The position numbers were made by a program, and so were the translations under genes. DNA of 64,000 nucleotides from an uncultured Alphaproteobacteria bacterium. Its GTDB lineage: Bacteria > Pseudomonadota > Alphaproteobacteria > Acetobacterales > Acetobacteraceae. Below, one piece after another: positions 40,812 to 51,342 of the stretch. Location of the stretch: assembly GCA_963757115.1 (NCBI GenBank), contig CAVWQV010000001.1, forward strand, positions 127,901-191,900, given 5' to 3'. The first letter of the stretch is position 1. Each line of letters starts with the position of its first letter. The notes beneath the pieces were generated by a model, which did no database searches, was not told the DNA's origin, and saw nothing but the letters and a program-made list of their open reading frames with translations.

Positions 40812-42206
40812 ATGTTTTACGCGCGCTTTCTCATTAGCTTATGCCTTGCTTTGCAAGGGCTGCCGCTCGCCCTCTATCGCCCCGTCGCTGCCGCCGAAAC
40901 ACGAACGGCGGTCTTGGCGCGACCCAACATGCTGGCGCCCGTGCTCGAAGCGGTGGTCAGCATCTCCACCGTCAAGTTCGTCGATGACCAGCCGGGCAAG
41001 GTGCCTCCGAGGCGGATCGACGGCTACGGGTCAGGCTTCATAGTCGACCCGGCGGGCACCATCGTCACCAACCGGCACGTGGTAGAAGGCACGACGAACA
41101 TCCAGGCCGTGCTCGAGGACGGCACGACCCTGCCCGCCACGCCGCTTTACATTGCCCAGGAAATCGATCTCGCAGTCCTGAAGGTGGACGCCGGCCGTAG
41201 GCTGCCAGCACTGGCCCTCGGCAACAGTGACAGCGTGCAGGTAGGCGATCCGGTGGTCGCCATCGGCAACCCTCTTATGCTCGGGTTCTCGGTGAGCGCC
41301 GGGATCGTTAGCGGCCTCAACCGCAACATCCTGTCGGGCGCGTTCGACAATTTCATCCAAACCGACGCCGCCATCAATCATGGCAATTCGGGCGGCCCTC
41401 TGGTGAACAGCGCGGGGAAGGTGATCGGCATCAACACCGCCATCTACTCGCCGACCGCGACCACCGGATCAGAGGGGCTCGGTTTTGCGGAACCCTCGAA
41501 CGACATCGCTTTCATCGTCGACCAGGTCCGCCGTTACGGCACCGTGCGCGCGGGCTGGATCGGTTTGGACGCGCAGACGGTGACGCCGGAGATCGCCCGC
41601 GCCCTCGGGATGGCGCGGCGCGAAGGGGCGATTGTCGCCGGCCTCGCTGCCAAGAGCCCTGCTCGGCAGGCGGGGCTGCGGGAGGGAGACGTGGTTCTCA
41701 AGCTCGACGACCGCGAGCCGGCGGATTCGCGGGCGCTCGCCCGCATGATCGCGGAAACCGCGCCCGACACCACGGTCACCCTCACCATCTGGCGGGAGGG
41801 GTTGCAATCCACGCTGCCGGTCAAAATCGCGGAGTGGAAAGACCACGCCACCAAGGAGGAGGGCGGTGAGCGGGTCGTGGTGGTCCGTGCCGATACCGTC
41901 GACTACGGCCTTGAGTTGGCGCCCTTGAACGAGGATGTCCGTCGCGAGCTTCACCTCAATGCAGGCCAGAAAGGGGCGGTGGTGAGTGAGGTGGCGGTCA
42001 ACAGTCCGGCCGCGGACGGCGGCTTCCGCAGCGGCGACGTCGTGCTTCGCGTGCAGATGGAGGCGGTCGACGGCCCGGATGAAGCCCGCCAGCTACTGGT
42101 CGACGCGCTCAAGCAGCGGCGCCCGGTGATCATCGTACTCGGTGCAGCGGACCGATGGTCTGCTTTGGCTCCCTCTGGCCGCGAGCTTCAGCAAAGGATG
42201 ACCTGA
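40812..42206 (+). CDS. periplasmic serine endoprotease DegP/HtrA family (trypsin-like + 2 PDZ)
   Basis: 464 aa intact. Motifs GSGFIVDPAGTIVTNRHVV and TDAAINHGNSGGPLVN, with two PDZ-like regions. Confidence 0.85.
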   Translation: MFYARFLISLCLALQGLPLALYRPVAAAETRTAVLARPNMLAPVLEAVVSISTVKFVDDQPGKVPPRRIDGYGSGFIVDPAGTIVTNRHVVEGTTNIQAVLEDGTTLPATPLYIAQEIDLAVLKVDAGRRLPALALGNSDSVQVGDPVVAIGNPLMLGFSVSAGIVSGLNRNILSGAFDNFIQTDAAINHGNSGGPLVNSAGKVIGINTAIYSPTATTGSEGLGFAEPSNDIAFIVDQVRRYGTVRAGWIGLDAQTVTPEIARALGMARREGAIVAGLAAKSPARQAGLREGDVVLKLDDREPADSRALARMIAETAPDTTVTLTIWREGLQSTLPVKIAEWKDHATKEEGGERVVVVRADTVDYGLELAPLNEDVRRELHLNAGQKGAVVSEVAVNSPAADGGFRSGDVVLRVQMEAVDGPDEARQLLVDALKQRRPVIIVLGAADRWSALAPSGRELQQRMT

Positions 42207-42332
42207 CCTCGGCTCACGCCCGCTCGGCCTTCAGCGCAATGCGTTGATCGCGGCGTGGAGACAGGCCGCTTTGCAAGCCGCCGGTCGGGTGCGACACCGG
42301 CCGCCCGGTCCTCCCGGCGGAAGCTTGGGAGA

Positions 42333-43526
42333 ATGCGGATGAGTGGTGCGATCTTGGCTGTGAACGCGGGCTCGTCCAGCCTGAAATTTGCTCTGTACGT
42401 GAATGGCGAGCAGGGGCTCGCCGAGCACGGCCGGGGCGAGATCGAGGGGATCGGCGGGGCCGCCCATCTGATCGCCCGCAACCAGGCAGGCGACGTGCTC
42501 GCCGAGCGCCGATGGGAGGAGGGCAAGAGCGGCACGCACGAGGCGTTTCTCGGCGAGCTGTTCGCGATCGTGGAGCGCGAGCTTGGGGCCGACCAACTCG
42601 TCGGGGTCGGCCATCGGATCGTGCATGGTGGCGAGACGCTCATCGAACCCGTCCTCGTCACGCCGGGAACGATGCGGGCGATGGAATCCCTGATTCCGCT
42701 GGCGCCGTTGCATCAGCCGCACAACTTGGAGCCGATCCGGGCCGTGCAGGCAACCCGCCCTGGTCTCAAGCAGGTCGCCTGCTTCGACACGGCGTTCCAT
42801 CATGCGCTTCCCTTAGTGGCTGCTCAGCTCGCCTTGCCGCCCGAGGTGACCCAAGGCGGCGTCCGCAGATACGGGTTCCACGGGCTTTCCTACGAGTACC
42901 TGGCTGGTGCTTTGCGGGAGCAGGCGCCGGCGCTCGCCGGGGGCCGCGTGATTGCCGCGCATCTTGGCAACGGGGCGAGCCTCTGCGCGCTGCGGGACGG
43001 GCGGAGCGTCGACACCACCATGAGCTTCACTGCACTGGACGGGCTGGTGATGGGAACCCGGCCGGGTGCGATCGACCCCGGTGTGTTGCTCTATCTGCTC
43101 CGGGAACGCGGCATGGATGCGAAGGTCCTGGAGGACCTGCTTTACCACCGCTCCGGCCTGCTCGGCGTGTCCGGGGTTTCCGCCGACATGCGCGCATTGG
43201 CGTCAAGCGCCGAGCCGCGGGCAAAGGAGGCGATTGCACTATTCTGCTACCGCGCCGCTTGCAGCGTCGGCGCGCTCGCGGTGGCACTTGGCGGGCTCGA
43301 TGGCATCGTGTTTTCCGCCGGCATCGGCGAGCACGCGCCGGACATTCGCGCCCGCATCTGTCAGCAACTGCAGTGGCTGGGGCTGCGCCTCAACTCTGCG
43401 CGCAACGGCCGGGGCAAGGGTCGGATCAGCGAGGATGGTTGTGCGGTCGAGGCCTGGGTTCTGCCCACGGACGAGGAGGCCGTCATCGCCCGCCACACCG
43501 CGCGATTGCTCGCGGCAGAGACTTGA
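42333..43526 (+). CDS. ackA: acetate kinase
   Basis: ILAVNAGSSSLKFAL..., VGHRIVHGG, RRYGFHGLSYEY, IAAHLGNGASLCA, GTRPGAIDPG. Confidence 0.9.
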   Translation: MRMSGAILAVNAGSSSLKFALYVNGEQGLAEHGRGEIEGIGGAAHLIARNQAGDVLAERRWEEGKSGTHEAFLGELFAIVERELGADQLVGVGHRIVHGGETLIEPVLVTPGTMRAMESLIPLAPLHQPHNLEPIRAVQATRPGLKQVACFDTAFHHALPLVAAQLALPPEVTQGGVRRYGFHGLSYEYLAGALREQAPALAGGRVIAAHLGNGASLCALRDGRSVDTTMSFTALDGLVMGTRPGAIDPGVLLYLLRERGMDAKVLEDLLYHRSGLLGVSGVSADMRALASSAEPRAKEAIALFCYRAACSVGALAVALGGLDGIVFSAGIGEHAPDIRARICQQLQWLGLRLNSARNGRGKGRISEDGCAVEAWVLPTDEEAVIARHTARLLAAET

Positions 43527-43556
43527 GCGACACCGGGCGCGGTTGGCCGGCGGGTT

Positions 43557-44684
43557 CTAGTGCCGCAACAGCGCGAGCACGATTTCAACCGCGATCAGCA
43601 ACAGGATGACCACTTCCAGCAGCTCCGAGCGGTTCCCCGAGGCCTCGTCGTACAGCGCCGCATAGGTGTCGCGGATGATCGCAAGCTTGCGTTCCACCGC
43701 GGCGCTGACGGTCGGCACGCGAAACAGATCGAGTGCCGCGGCGTAGATGCGCGCGAGATAGACGTCCTCGGTCACCTGGAGGGCGTTTTCCACGCGCTCC
43801 GTCAATTCCGTGACCTCGGCCACAAGCGTGTATAGCCGGCGCGCAAGACCGGAGAAGCGTCGCGCGGCGAGCAGCCCGCGGGTTCGGCGCGTCGCTTCAA
43901 CGAGATCGTACATGCGGGGCAGCTCGGCATCGAGCAGCTCGTCATAGTAGCGCATCTCCAGCAGCTGCGCGTTGGCCACCTCGAGGACGTCGATCACGTC
44001 CGAATCCCCCCGCGGCTCGTAGATGAACGCGCGATCCCAGGTCAGAGCCACGAGGTCGTCCGTGTAGTAGGAATACCGGTGACGAAGCAGGTCCTGCCGC
44101 GCGGCGTCCGACAAGCGCCGCTGCTCGCCCGACAACAGCGGCACCAGATCGACGCGGCGCTGCACCATTTCAGCGGTTAGTGGCTCATCGAAGGCGTTTG
44201 CGACGCCTAGGAGATAGTCCTCCTCGAGGGTGGAGACCGCGGGCCGTTCCAGCGCGCCATCGACGCCCTCCCGCACTCGATCGAGCAGTTCGCGCCAGAT
44301 CGGGTTGTCGGTGGCGAGCCCGACGCAGCGGTCGACGGCATTGAGCCGAAAGGCGAAACTCGCCCAGGACAGCCCACTCGCGCCGACGCGTAGAGCGAGG
44401 CTGACGACGCCGAAGTCGTAGAGGCGGGCGGTCACGGTGGCAGTCGCCGGGCCGGTGTCCAGCGCCAACTCGACCGGATCGAGCCCGAGCACCAGCGGAG
44501 GCACATCGAATGCCACCGCCTTGGCCGGCGTAGCGCTAAGCCTGCTCCGCGCGCTGCCACCGCCGGACCGCTTGGCCCAGACCCTTTCAGCCTGGCCGAG
44601 GTCGATCGCATACGCGATGTCGAACAGCCGGTAGGCGACGACGTAGCCTGCGACGACGGTCAGCTCAGGCTCGAAGGTGGACAC
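43557..44684 (-). CDS. hypothetical protein with C-terminal TM helix (possibly RMD1/YagE DUF155-like)
   Basis: 375 aa intact. C-terminal LLEVVILLLIAVEIVLALL. Family assignment is tentative. Confidence 0.4.
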   Translation of the reverse strand: MSTFEPELTVVAGYVVAYRLFDIAYAIDLGQAERVWAKRSGGGSARSRLSATPAKAVAFDVPPLVLGLDPVELALDTGPATATVTARLYDFGVVSLALRVGASGLSWASFAFRLNAVDRCVGLATDNPIWRELLDRVREGVDGALERPAVSTLEEDYLLGVANAFDEPLTAEMVQRRVDLVPLLSGEQRRLSDAARQDLLRHRYSYYTDDLVALTWDRAFIYEPRGDSDVIDVLEVANAQLLEMRYYDELLDAELPRMYDLVEATRRTRGLLAARRFSGLARRLYTLVAEVTELTERVENALQVTEDVYLARIYAAALDLFRVPTVSAAVERKLAIIRDTYAALYDEASGNRSELLEVVILLLIAVEIVLALLRH

Positions 44685-44687
44685 GCG

Positions 44688-44984
44688 TCAAGCCGATGAC
44701 GGCTCGCTCCTTGTCAGGAACCGGCGGGCGGCGGCTGGATCGATCAGGGCGTGAACGTCGAACCTGGCGGGAACGATATCGGCCCAAGCATTCAGGTGCG
44801 CGTGCAGCGTTTCGTTGGAGGCAACGTCGAACAGCACCACCGCACCTCGCCCCACCTTCGCGTGGACCGATCGGACTTCCCCGGCATCGATCAGGGGTTG
44901 GATCCAGGACCAGAAGCGCTGACGCGCCGGAGCCACTGAGGTCGGCGGCTCCGGCCGGGGCTCACTAATGACGAGAAACAGCAT
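44688..44984 (-). CDS. muconolactone-isomerase-like small alpha+beta-barrel protein
   Basis: 98 aa: MLFLVISEP...VLFDVASNETLHAHLNAW...FDVHALIDP, resembling the MLFHV...VFDVPS...LH pattern of CatC-type proteins. Confidence 0.45.
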   Translation of the reverse strand: MLFLVISEPRPEPPTSVAPARQRFWSWIQPLIDAGEVRSVHAKVGRGAVVLFDVASNETLHAHLNAWADIVPARFDVHALIDPAAARRFLTRSEPSSA

Positions 44985-45011
44985 GGGCGCTCCCGCGAGG
45001 TTGGCCCCGCG

Positions 45012-45899
45012 TCAGTGGATCTCGGCGAGCCGGGCGAGCAGGAAGTCGCGGAACACCGCGACCCGCTTCGAATTGCGCAGCTCCTCGGGATAAACGAAGA
45101 AGACGTCGACCTTGGGTGCCTTCAGCTCAGGCAGCAGCCGCACCACGCCAGCGTCCTCCGTCAGCATAAAGTCGGGCAAGGCCCCGACCCCGAGGCCGGA
45201 CTGGATCGCGAGCAGCATGGCTTGCGTGCTGTTCACCTCCAGCAGGGCGCGGCGCGGATTGCCCGGCCGGCGACCGATGTCGGCCAGCCAGTTGATGTCC
45301 TCGACCGGCATCCGGTACTGCCCGAAAAGGATGAGCTGGTGCGCGTCCAGATCCTCAGCCTGTTGGGGAACCCCATGCGCCTTCAGATAGTCGGGCGACG
45401 CGCAGACCACCCACTCGAGGGTCAGGAGATGCCGCTGCACCAGATCGGGCTGCTTCGGCGGATGCATCCGGATCGCAACGTCGGCCACTCGCATCGCCAG
45501 ATCGAGGTCGGTGTCATCCAACAGCAGGGTGATCGAAACGTCGGGATATGCCTGAAGAAAGCCCTGCAGGCGCGGGGCGAGCCAAGCGCCGCCGAACCCG
45601 AACGTGGTGGTCACCTTGAGCCGTCCGGCCGGCTTCTCCTTGCTTTCGGCTAGCAACGCCTCCGTCATCGCAAGCTTGGCGAACACCTCGCGCACCGTTC
45701 GGTGCAATTGCTCGCCCTGCTCCGTCAGGATCAGCCCCCGCGCGTGGCGGTGGAACAGAGGCACTTGCAACAATTCCTCGAGTGCGGAGATCTGCCGGGA
45801 AACGGCCGACTGGCTGAGGCTCAACGTGTCGCCCGCGTGCGTGAAGCTGCCGGCCTCCGCGACGGCGTGGAAGACCCGCAGCTTGTCCCAGTCCATCAT
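45012..45899 (-). CDS. LysR-family transcriptional regulator
   Basis: Internal ATG (MMDWDKLRVFHAVAEAGSFTHAGDTLSLSQSAVSRQISALEE...) with the LysR HTH and substrate-binding domain. Confidence 0.85.
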   Translation of the reverse strand: MMDWDKLRVFHAVAEAGSFTHAGDTLSLSQSAVSRQISALEELLQVPLFHRHARGLILTEQGEQLHRTVREVFAKLAMTEALLAESKEKPAGRLKVTTTFGFGGAWLAPRLQGFLQAYPDVSITLLLDDTDLDLAMRVADVAIRMHPPKQPDLVQRHLLTLEWVVCASPDYLKAHGVPQQAEDLDAHQLILFGQYRMPVEDINWLADIGRRPGNPRRALLEVNSTQAMLLAIQSGLGVGALPDFMLTEDAGVVRLLPELKAPKVDVFFVYPEELRNSKRVAVFRDFLLARLAEIH

Positions 45900-46100
45900 G
45901 GCCCCTTCCGTCCAGGCTCCGCGTGCGACCCTGCTGGGTCTGTTCCGGCCCGTTGACCGGAGCAACGGGCTCTCGCTCGGGTGCCGGTAGAGTGACGAAT
46001 GAACCGCGCCGGCTGCAATCCCGCTATGCTTTCCGATCCGGCCGACATCTTCGGCCTACCGTGCGCGGATGCAACCAATTCGTGGGAAGACCGGCGGCAA

Positions 46101-47102
46101 TCAATCCCAGGCGCCGATCATCGGCGTCTCGCGCGCGCTGGCCCGCTCGCCCGGATCCGGAGCGTGCTCGGCGAGGAACTTTTCCGCCTCCAGCGCCGCC
46201 ATGCATCCCATGCCGGCGGCCGTCACCGCTTGACGGAACTTGGCGTCGGCCACATCGCCCGCCGCGAACACGCCGGGGCAGGACGTGGCGGTGGACCACG
46301 GTGCGATCGCGATGTAGCCGGCTGCATCAAGATCGAGCTGGCCCCGGAACAGCGCCGTGGCAGGATCGTGGCCAATGGCCACGAACACGCCCTCGGTAGG
46401 GAGGTCGCGTACCGCGCCCGTGCGGCGATCGCGGAGCCGTAGGCCGGTGACCGCCTTCGCCGGCGCCTCCCGGCCGAGCACCTCCTCGACGACACTGTCC
46501 CAGACCACCTCCACCTTGGGATTGCGGAACAGCCGATCCTGCAGGATGCCCTCGGCGCGGAGGCGGTCGCGACGGTGGATCAAGGTAACCTTGGTGGCGT
46601 GGTTGGTGAGAAAGAGCGCCTCCTCGACCGCGGTGTTGCCACCGCCCACGACGGCCACCTCCTTGCCTCGGAAGAAGAAGCCATCGCACGTAGCGCAGGC
46701 GGAAACGCCCGCCCCGGCGAACAGGCGCTCGGACGGAATGCCGAGCCATCGCGCCTGCGCCCCGGTGGCCACGATCACGGTTTCGGCTAAAAAGGCGTCG
46801 CCCGAGTCGGTCGAGCAGCGAAACGGATGCACCGAGAAATCGACGGCAGTTACGAGGTCATGGACGATGCGGGCGCCGACATGCTCGGCTTGCGTCGCCA
46901 TCTGATCCATCAGCCACGGCCCCTGGATCACGTCGGCGAACCCGGGGTAGTTCTCCACGTCGGTCGTGATGGTCAGCTGGCCACCGGGTTGAAGGCCGGC
47001 CACCAGGGTGGGAGCGAGGTTAGCGCGGGCCGCATAGATGGCCGCCGTATAGCCGGCGGCTCCGGCGCCGATAATGAGTACGCGCGTCTGGTGGGTGTTC
47101 AT
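46101..47102 (-). CDS. trxB: thioredoxin-disulfide reductase
   Basis: 333 aa. GAGAAGYTAAIYAARA, redox CATCDG, GGGNTAVEEA. Confidence 0.9.
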   Translation of the reverse strand: MNTHQTRVLIIGAGAAGYTAAIYAARANLAPTLVAGLQPGGQLTITTDVENYPGFADVIQGPWLMDQMATQAEHVGARIVHDLVTAVDFSVHPFRCSTDSGDAFLAETVIVATGAQARWLGIPSERLFAGAGVSACATCDGFFFRGKEVAVVGGGNTAVEEALFLTNHATKVTLIHRRDRLRAEGILQDRLFRNPKVEVVWDSVVEEVLGREAPAKAVTGLRLRDRRTGAVRDLPTEGVFVAIGHDPATALFRGQLDLDAAGYIAIAPWSTATSCPGVFAAGDVADAKFRQAVTAAGMGCMAALEAEKFLAEHAPDPGERASARETPMIGAWD

Positions 47103-47260
47103 TCAGCTGATCCTGGGCCGCGTTCGCGAAATATCGGCAGCATTGCCGCAGCAAACAAGGAAGTTCGAATTGGGCTTGCCTCGGTTCCGGCACGAAATTT
47201 ATTTCGCGTTGGCTGTGGCTGCCGCACGATGCTCACTTCCGCTGTGCTTGAACCCAACTC

Positions 47261-47740
47261 ATGAAGTCGCCTTCCGCCTCTCTGCCTTTTCTCGACACGG
47301 TCGATCGGCGCATTCTCGCAGAGCTCCAGGCGGACGGGCGCGTGACAAATGTCGAACTGGCGCGCCGCGCCGGCATCTCCGCCCCTCCGTGCCTGCGGCG
47401 AATGCGCCGGCTGGAGGAGGCCGGGGTGATCCGGGGCTATCAAGCGATCAGCGATCCCCAGAAACTCGGCTGGGAAATTACCTTCTTCGCCCTCGTGGGC
47501 CTGGAAAGTCAGAAGGAGCGGGTGCTGGCCGCATTCGAGCAAGCGGTCGCCGCATGGCCGGAAGTGCGCGAGTGCCACATGATCCGTGGCGGAGGGGATT
47601 TCCTGCTGAAGCTGGTCGCGCGTGATACCGCCCACGAGAACCAGTTGACGCAGTGCCTCACGGGAATGGCCACGGTCAGCCGGGTGCAAACTCTGCAGAC
47701 CATCCGTACCAGCCGAAGCCTGCCGGGAGTGCCGCTGTAG
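47261..47740 (+). CDS. lrp: Lrp/AsnC-family transcriptional regulator
   Basis: 159 aa. LDTVDRRILAELQADGRVTNVELARRAGISAPPCLRRMRRLEEAGVI. Divergent from trxB. Confidence 0.85.
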   Translation: MKSPSASLPFLDTVDRRILAELQADGRVTNVELARRAGISAPPCLRRMRRLEEAGVIRGYQAISDPQKLGWEITFFALVGLESQKERVLAAFEQAVAAWPEVRECHMIRGGGDFLLKLVARDTAHENQLTQCLTGMATVSRVQTLQTIRTSRSLPGVPL

Positions 47741-47757
47741 CTATCTCGCGGTCTCTC

Positions 47758-49245
47758 TGCGTGACGTGGATCAACCGAACGACCGGCTGGGCGGCCGGGC
47801 TTGCCGTGCTCACCTTGCTTCGCCTCGTAATTGCCGCAGAAGCACCGCTCTCGCCCGACGAGGCATATTACTGGGTCTGGTCACGCGCTCTTGCGGCGAG
47901 CTATCTCGACCACCCGCCGATGGTGGCCTACTGGATCCGAGCCGGGACCGCGCTGGTGGGCGACGACGCGCTTGGGGTACGCCTGCTGGCCCCGCTATCG
48001 GCGGCCTTGGGGTCCCTGTTGCTCGCCGACGCCGCGGACCGGCTCTACCCAGGCCGCCACGCCGGCATCGCCGCTGCCGCGCTACTGAACGCGACGCTGT
48101 TGCTCGGCGTGGGCGCGGTTTTGATGACGCCCGACACGCCGTTGATTTTCTTCTATACCGCGGCGCTGTGGGCGCTCGTCCGGTTCGACGCGGCGGAGCG
48201 CGGCGCATGGCTGATACTGGCCGGCGCATTTTCCGGCTTGGCGCTGGACAGCAAGTACACGGCGGTCTTTCTCGCACCCGGCGTGCTGCTGTGGCTTGCC
48301 CTGACGCCTTCCCGTCTTCAGTGGTGGCGCACTCCCTATCCCTGGCTCGCAGCGGCCGTAGGGGCGGCGGCCTTCTTCCCAGTGATCTGGTGGAATGCAC
48401 GGCACGACTGGGCCAGCCTGCTCCGGCAGGGCGGCCGGGCCGGGAACTGGGCTCCGGGACGCGCGGCCCGCTTCCTCGGCGAACTCGTCGCCGGGCAGGT
48501 CGGGTTGGCGACGCCGCTCGTGTTTCTCATCCTGGTTGCGGGAATGGTCCGTGTCGTTCGCGTGGCATGGCGCGAGCGTGCGTCCGGCTCCGTTCTTCTC
48601 ACCGCCCTCACGTTGCCGCCGCTGCTTGTATTCGCCGAGCACGCGGTCGGCGACCGGGTGCAGGCGAACTGGCCGGCCATCCTCTATCCGCCGGCCGCGC
48701 TGGCCGGGGCGGGGATGACGGGGCGAGCCTGGGCGCGGCTTCGGACAGCAGCGGTCGCCCTCGGGCTGGCCGTGACGCTGGTCGTCTACGTGCAAGCTGT
48801 CGCGCGACCCTGGCCACTTTCCCCGCATCGCGATCCGACGACCTTGCGGCTTGCCGGCTGGCCCGAACTCGCCCGGGAGGTCGAAGCGCTTCGGCGGGAG
48901 CAGGGTGCCAAGTTCATCGCCGCCGACGAATACGGTGTGGCGGGCGAGCTCGCCTGGGCTGCCGCCCCCGGAACGCGGGTCGTCGGCGTGGAGGACAGGT
49001 GGCGGCGCTTCGCCTTGCCGCAGGCCGAGCTCATGGGAGAACCAGGGCTGCTGGTACGAAGCGCCAGACGCGCCGGGGAAGGCCTCGACGCTGGTGTCTG
49101 GGCCGACATCCGACCGGTCGCCAACGCGATGCGGGCCGTCGATGGGCAGGTAATCGAGGAATTCCGGGTCTATCGGGTCGTAGGGGGGCGGAGCGACCCA
49201 CGTGTGGTCGATTTGCCTGCACGCGCAACAATTGTTCCCGATTAG
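47758..49245 (+). CDS. GT39/ArnT-like membrane glycosyltransferase (undecaprenyl-phosphate-sugar transferase family)
   Basis: ORF 47653..49245. The true start is probably a GTG/TTG just after the lrp stop. Polytopic N-terminus with DEAYYWVWSRALAASYLDHPPMVAYWI and a soluble C-terminal domain. Confidence 0.65.
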   Translation, partial: CVTWINRTTGWAAGLAVLTLLRLVIAAEAPLSPDEAYYWVWSRALAASYLDHPPMVAYWIRAGTALVGDDALGVRLLAPLSAALGSLLLADAADRLYPGRHAGIAAAALLNATLLLGVGAVLMTPDTPLIFFYTAALWALVRFDAAERGAWLILAGAFSGLALDSKYTAVFLAPGVLLWLALTPSRLQWWRTPYPWLAAAVGAAAFFPVIWWNARHDWASLLRQGGRAGNWAPGRAARFLGELVAGQVGLATPLVFLILVAGMVRVVRVAWRERASGSVLLTALTLPPLLVFAEHAVGDRVQANWPAILYPPAALAGAGMTGRAWARLRTAAVALGLAVTLVVYVQAVARPWPLSPHRDPTTLRLAGWPELAREVEALRREQGAKFIAADEYGVAGELAWAAAPGTRVVGVEDRWRRFALPQAELMGEPGLLVRSARRAGEGLDAGVWADIRPVANAMRAVDGQVIEEFRVYRVVGGRSDPRVVDLPARATIVPD

Positions 49246-49300
49246 TTGCCCATTAAGCAGCCTGCCCCATGCTGCGCGGCATACGAGTGGCGCGGGCTCC

Positions 49301-50425
49301 ATGGCGAAGAAAGACAGCAAGGCCAACAAGCAGGGAACCATCGTCATCCGTAAGGAGGAGGTGGTCGAGGCCGGCCATCACGGCGGCGCCTGGAAGGTGG
49401 CCTACGCCGACTTCGTCACCGCAATGATGGCGTTTTTCCTGCTTATGTGGCTGCTCAACGCCACGACGGAGGACCAGCGCAAGGGTCTCGCCGACTACTT
49501 CAGTCCGAGCAACGTGTTCAGCCATAATTCTTCCGGCACCGGCAAGCCCTTCGGCGGCCACACCGCCTTTGACCAGGGTGCGATGGTGTCGGACCGGGGT
49601 GCGGCGCTGGTGACCATGGGGAACACGCCGGTGCCGCTCGAGGTGGAAGACGACGAGTTCGACACGCCGGCAACGGCGCTCACGTATCGGCGCGAGCAGG
49701 CCAAGAAAAAATCCGAGCCGAACGATGCGGAGTCTGTTCCCGCCGGAAGCGGTCCCGATGATGCGGCCAGCGTGGCTCGCGCGGCGAACCCGCCGGACCG
49801 AGCGACCGCCGAGGCCGCCCGCCAAGCGACGGAAGACCGGGAGACGCGCGCCGAGCGTGAGAAGCGGGAGACCAAGGATCTCCAGCAGGCCGCCCAGCAA
49901 CTCCGGGACGCCGTGCGCGACGATCCGAATCTAGCATCCATCGCCCACCAGCTGGCCATCGACATGACGCCGGAGGGCTTGCGCATCCAGGTTCTCGATG
50001 AGGACCGCAGCCCAATGTTCGCCACGGGCTCTGCCGCGCCGAACGAGCGCGCGGCCATGCTGCTGCAAAAAGTAACGCCCGTGCTGCTGCGCCTGAACGA
50101 AGGTATCTCCATCGCCGGCCACACTGACGCGATGCCCTACAAAGGGACCGATCGATCCAATTGGGAATTGTCCGTGGAGCGCGCCAACGCCACGCGGAGG
50201 CTGCTCGCGCAGGCTGGGCTGCCCGAGGAACGCATCCGGCACGTGACCGGCAACGCCGACCGCGAGCCGCTCATTCCGTCAGATCCTAACGCAGCGGCCA
50301 ACCGGCGCATCGCCATCGTCGTGCTGCGGGACTATCCCAAGACCGGGCCGCAGACCGGGTCGCGTCCGGAGCCGAGCGCGGTGGCGCCAAAGGCCGCCGC
50401 TGCCGCTCCGGGCCAGCCGGGCTGA
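49301..50425 (+). CDS. motB: flagellar motor stator protein MotB (OmpA-like C-terminal domain)
   Basis: Internal ATG: MAKKDSK...GGAWKVAYADFVTAMMAFFLLMWLL (plug/TM), ...GHTDAMPY...SNWELSVERANATRRLL...NRRIAIVV. Confidence 0.85.
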   Translation: MAKKDSKANKQGTIVIRKEEVVEAGHHGGAWKVAYADFVTAMMAFFLLMWLLNATTEDQRKGLADYFSPSNVFSHNSSGTGKPFGGHTAFDQGAMVSDRGAALVTMGNTPVPLEVEDDEFDTPATALTYRREQAKKKSEPNDAESVPAGSGPDDAASVARAANPPDRATAEAARQATEDRETRAEREKRETKDLQQAAQQLRDAVRDDPNLASIAHQLAIDMTPEGLRIQVLDEDRSPMFATGSAAPNERAAMLLQKVTPVLLRLNEGISIAGHTDAMPYKGTDRSNWELSVERANATRRLLAQAGLPEERIRHVTGNADREPLIPSDPNAAANRRIAIVVLRDYPKTGPQTGSRPEPSAVAPKAAAAAPGQPG

Positions 50426-50431
50426 GCGACC

Positions 50432-51295
50432 ATGCTGACCATCGGAGGCTTGGTCTTTCTGCTCGCCTGCGTGTTCGGCAGCTACATCGCCTCGGGGGGA
50501 AGCCTCGGGCCACTCATCGAGGCAATGCCCTTCGAGCTGCTGACCATCGGGGGTGCCGCGGTCGCCATCTTCGTGATGTCGAACAGCATGTACGCCGTCA
50601 AGCACACGCTCGGCGGCTTCGGCAAGGTCATGAAAGGGGCGGTGTTCAAGAAGGCCGACTACATCGACCTCTTGACGCTGCTCTACCTCCTGGTGCGGCT
50701 GGCCAGCACGAAAGGCAACATGGCGCTCGAGGCGCACATCGAGAAGCCGGAGGAAAGTGCCGCATTCCAGAGATTTCCCAAGGTTCTCAAGAACCACCAC
50801 GCGACCGCCATCATCTGCGACTACCTGCGCATGGTCGGCATGAATGCCGATGATCCCAACCAGATCGAGGACGTGCTGGCGCGCGAACTCAAGAAAACAC
50901 TGCACGAGGAGCTGCACGGGTCGCACGCGCTGCAAAGCATGGCCGATGCGCTGCCGGCGCTCGGCATCGTCGCCGCCGTGCTCGGCGTGATCAAGACGAT
51001 GTCGCACATCGCCGAGCCGCCCGCCGTGCTGGGTGCGATGATCGGCGGCGCATTGGTCGGGACCTTCCTCGGCGTGCTGATGGCCTACGGCATGGCCGGT
51101 CCGTTCGCAGCCCGCATCAAGGGCGTGGTCGAGGAGGAGAGCAAGTACTACGAGGTGATCCGCGCCGTTCTCGTGGCCCATCTGCATGGCAATGCGCCTC
51201 AGGTCAGTGTCGAGACCGGCCGCAAAATGGCGCCCAACCAGCACATGCCGAGCTTTCAGGAACTCGACACTGCGGTGCAATCGGCGCAGCTTTGA
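50432..51295 (+). CDS. motA: flagellar motor stator protein MotA
   Basis: 287 aa, colinear with E. coli MotA (MLTIGGLVFLLACVFGSYIASGGSLG..., ALPALGIVAAVLGVIKTM...). Confidence 0.9.
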   Translation: MLTIGGLVFLLACVFGSYIASGGSLGPLIEAMPFELLTIGGAAVAIFVMSNSMYAVKHTLGGFGKVMKGAVFKKADYIDLLTLLYLLVRLASTKGNMALEAHIEKPEESAAFQRFPKVLKNHHATAIICDYLRMVGMNADDPNQIEDVLARELKKTLHEELHGSHALQSMADALPALGIVAAVLGVIKTMSHIAEPPAVLGAMIGGALVGTFLGVLMAYGMAGPFAARIKGVVEEESKYYEVIRAVLVAHLHGNAPQVSVETGRKMAPNQHMPSFQELDTAVQSAQL

Positions 51296-51342
51296 GCCGT
51301 TATCCTGCGCGATGCGGGGGCCGCTAACTGAGGAGTGCGCGC

